From Chiloscyllium plagiosum (taxonomy: Eukaryota), in contig NC_057719.1 in assembly GCF_004010195.1 (NCBI RefSeq), forward strand, positions 65,295,751-65,359,750: a stretch of DNA of 64,000 nucleotides, in the 5' to 3' direction. The notes beneath the pieces are model-generated. The model saw only the letters and a program-made list of their open reading frames with translations. It did not search any database and was not told where the DNA came from. This document shows positions 62,768 to 64,000 of the stretch, piece after piece. The position numbers and the translations under genes were made by a program. The stretch's first letter is position 1, and each line of letters starts with the position of its first letter.

Positions 62768-63623
62768 GTAGAGGTACTGGGAGAAAGTAAGGACTGCAGA
62801 TACTGGAGATCAGAGTCAAAAGGTGTGGCGCTGGAAAAGCACAGCCAGTCTGCAGCATCTGAGGAGCAGGAGAGTCGATGTTTCGAGCATAAGTTCCTCA
62901 TCAGGAATGTTGGAGGGTTGGGGGGGAGGTGGGGAGTGCAAGAGGGCTGAGAGATAAATGGGAGGGGGATGGGGCTGGAGGGAAGGTAGCTGGGAATGCA
63001 ATAGGTGGATGAAGGTGGGGGGGTGATGGTGATGGGTCAGAGTGGAGGGTGGAGCAGAGAAGGAAGATGGACAGGTTGTGTAGGCAGGCGCTGAGGAAGG
63101 AGATGTGGCTGTGGTAGTGAGTTGCTTCAGGACGTGGCTGAAGAGCTTCAGGGCAGAGGAGATGGGGGGATGCAGTGAGCGAGACACTCACTGAGATCCT
63201 TTCAGAGGGCGGAGGAAAACTTCTACAAGGTGGGCATCCTCGCTCTTCTAGGATCTCAGTGAGTCCCTCCCTCACAGCATCCCCCAGGTCATCTCCTTTG
63301 TCCTGACGGTCTTCAGCCACATCCTGAAGCAGACCAGCTCCTACAGCCACATCTCCTTCCTCAGTCCCTGCCTATGCAACCTGTCCATCTTTCTTCCCAC
63401 CTATCTGCTCCACCCTCCACTCCGACCTATCACCATCACCCCCCCCACCTTCATCTACCTATCGCATTCCCACCTACCTTCCCCCAAGCCCCGCCCCCTC
63501 CCATTTATCTCTCAGCCCCCTTGGACACCTCCCAACATTCCTGATGAAGAGCTTATGCTCGAAACATCGACTCTCCTGCTCTTTGGATGCTGCCTGTGCT
63601 TTTCTAGTGCCACAAGCTTTGAC
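62768..63623. mobile_element. PLE family A long fold-back insertion (internally deleted derivative)
   Basis: 11-bp TSD TATAATGGTCT at 62757-62767 and 63624-63634; inverted arms ~62813-63200 and ~63248-63623; hammerhead core at 63541-63568. Confidence 0.8.
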
Positions 63624-64000
63624 TATAATGGTCTCTACTTCAGCTCTAACATTATATTTTCATTAACGACAGTCATAAACTGTTTTAAAGTGCCCTTATA
63701 TATGAGGCAATAATAAAGTAACTCATTGTACTATATTTTTTCTGAGTCAGGTAACTTGATTACTGATAAAATATGTCAGTTCTTTGAAGAATTTATCTGA
63801 ACTTAACAAACAAATAGCAAGAAAAAGAATGCCAAATACTTGGCATTTTAAGTTTTTGAAAATGTTGTTGGAATAACTTATCCTGCAGTCAGTAAAATGT
63901 ATTTAAAGGAATTACTTTAACAGCACTGTGAAAGTATGTGCACATTTTATTGAGTGTGAATGAATGTAGAGTGAAAAGCAAAATCCAGTAGCAAAGGCAA

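Noticed and set aside
62905..63060. G-rich tract as a promoter or G-quadruplex element
   Set aside because: It is the reverse complement of the PLE pyrimidine-rich 3' region.
1..64000. CRISPR array, rRNA or prokaryotic operon
   Set aside because: No repeat-spacer periodicity or gene-dense organisation; the repeats are vertebrate transposons.

Overview
Repeat-dense, non-coding DNA from a cartilaginous fish, almost certainly a shark or ray (inferred from HE1-type SINEs, HER1/CR1 LINEs and Deu-domain SINEs). No host protein-coding gene can be supported: every recognisable ORF is transposon-derived. Contents: many CR1 fragments (one twin-primed, one rearranged), a second CR1/L2-type LINE family, L2, Rex1/Babar, Tx1 and RTE-like relics; a decayed Gmr1-like Gypsy element with a SCAN-like gag; three PIF/Harbinger relics, two with readable Myb/SANT coding remnants; a Tigger-like MITE; and about a dozen Penelope-like element (PLE) insertions. 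The most notable signal: three PLE families each carry a minimal type-I hammerhead ribozyme motif (CUGANGA-N-helix II-GAAA, palindromic helix III), and most insertions are fold-back inverted repeats inside 10-16 bp target-site duplications (TSDs). Unique stretches hold a few splice signals, including a recursive-splice-site-like AG|GT motif, compatible with a long intron. Family assignments were made by eye, and boundaries of old repeats are approximate.
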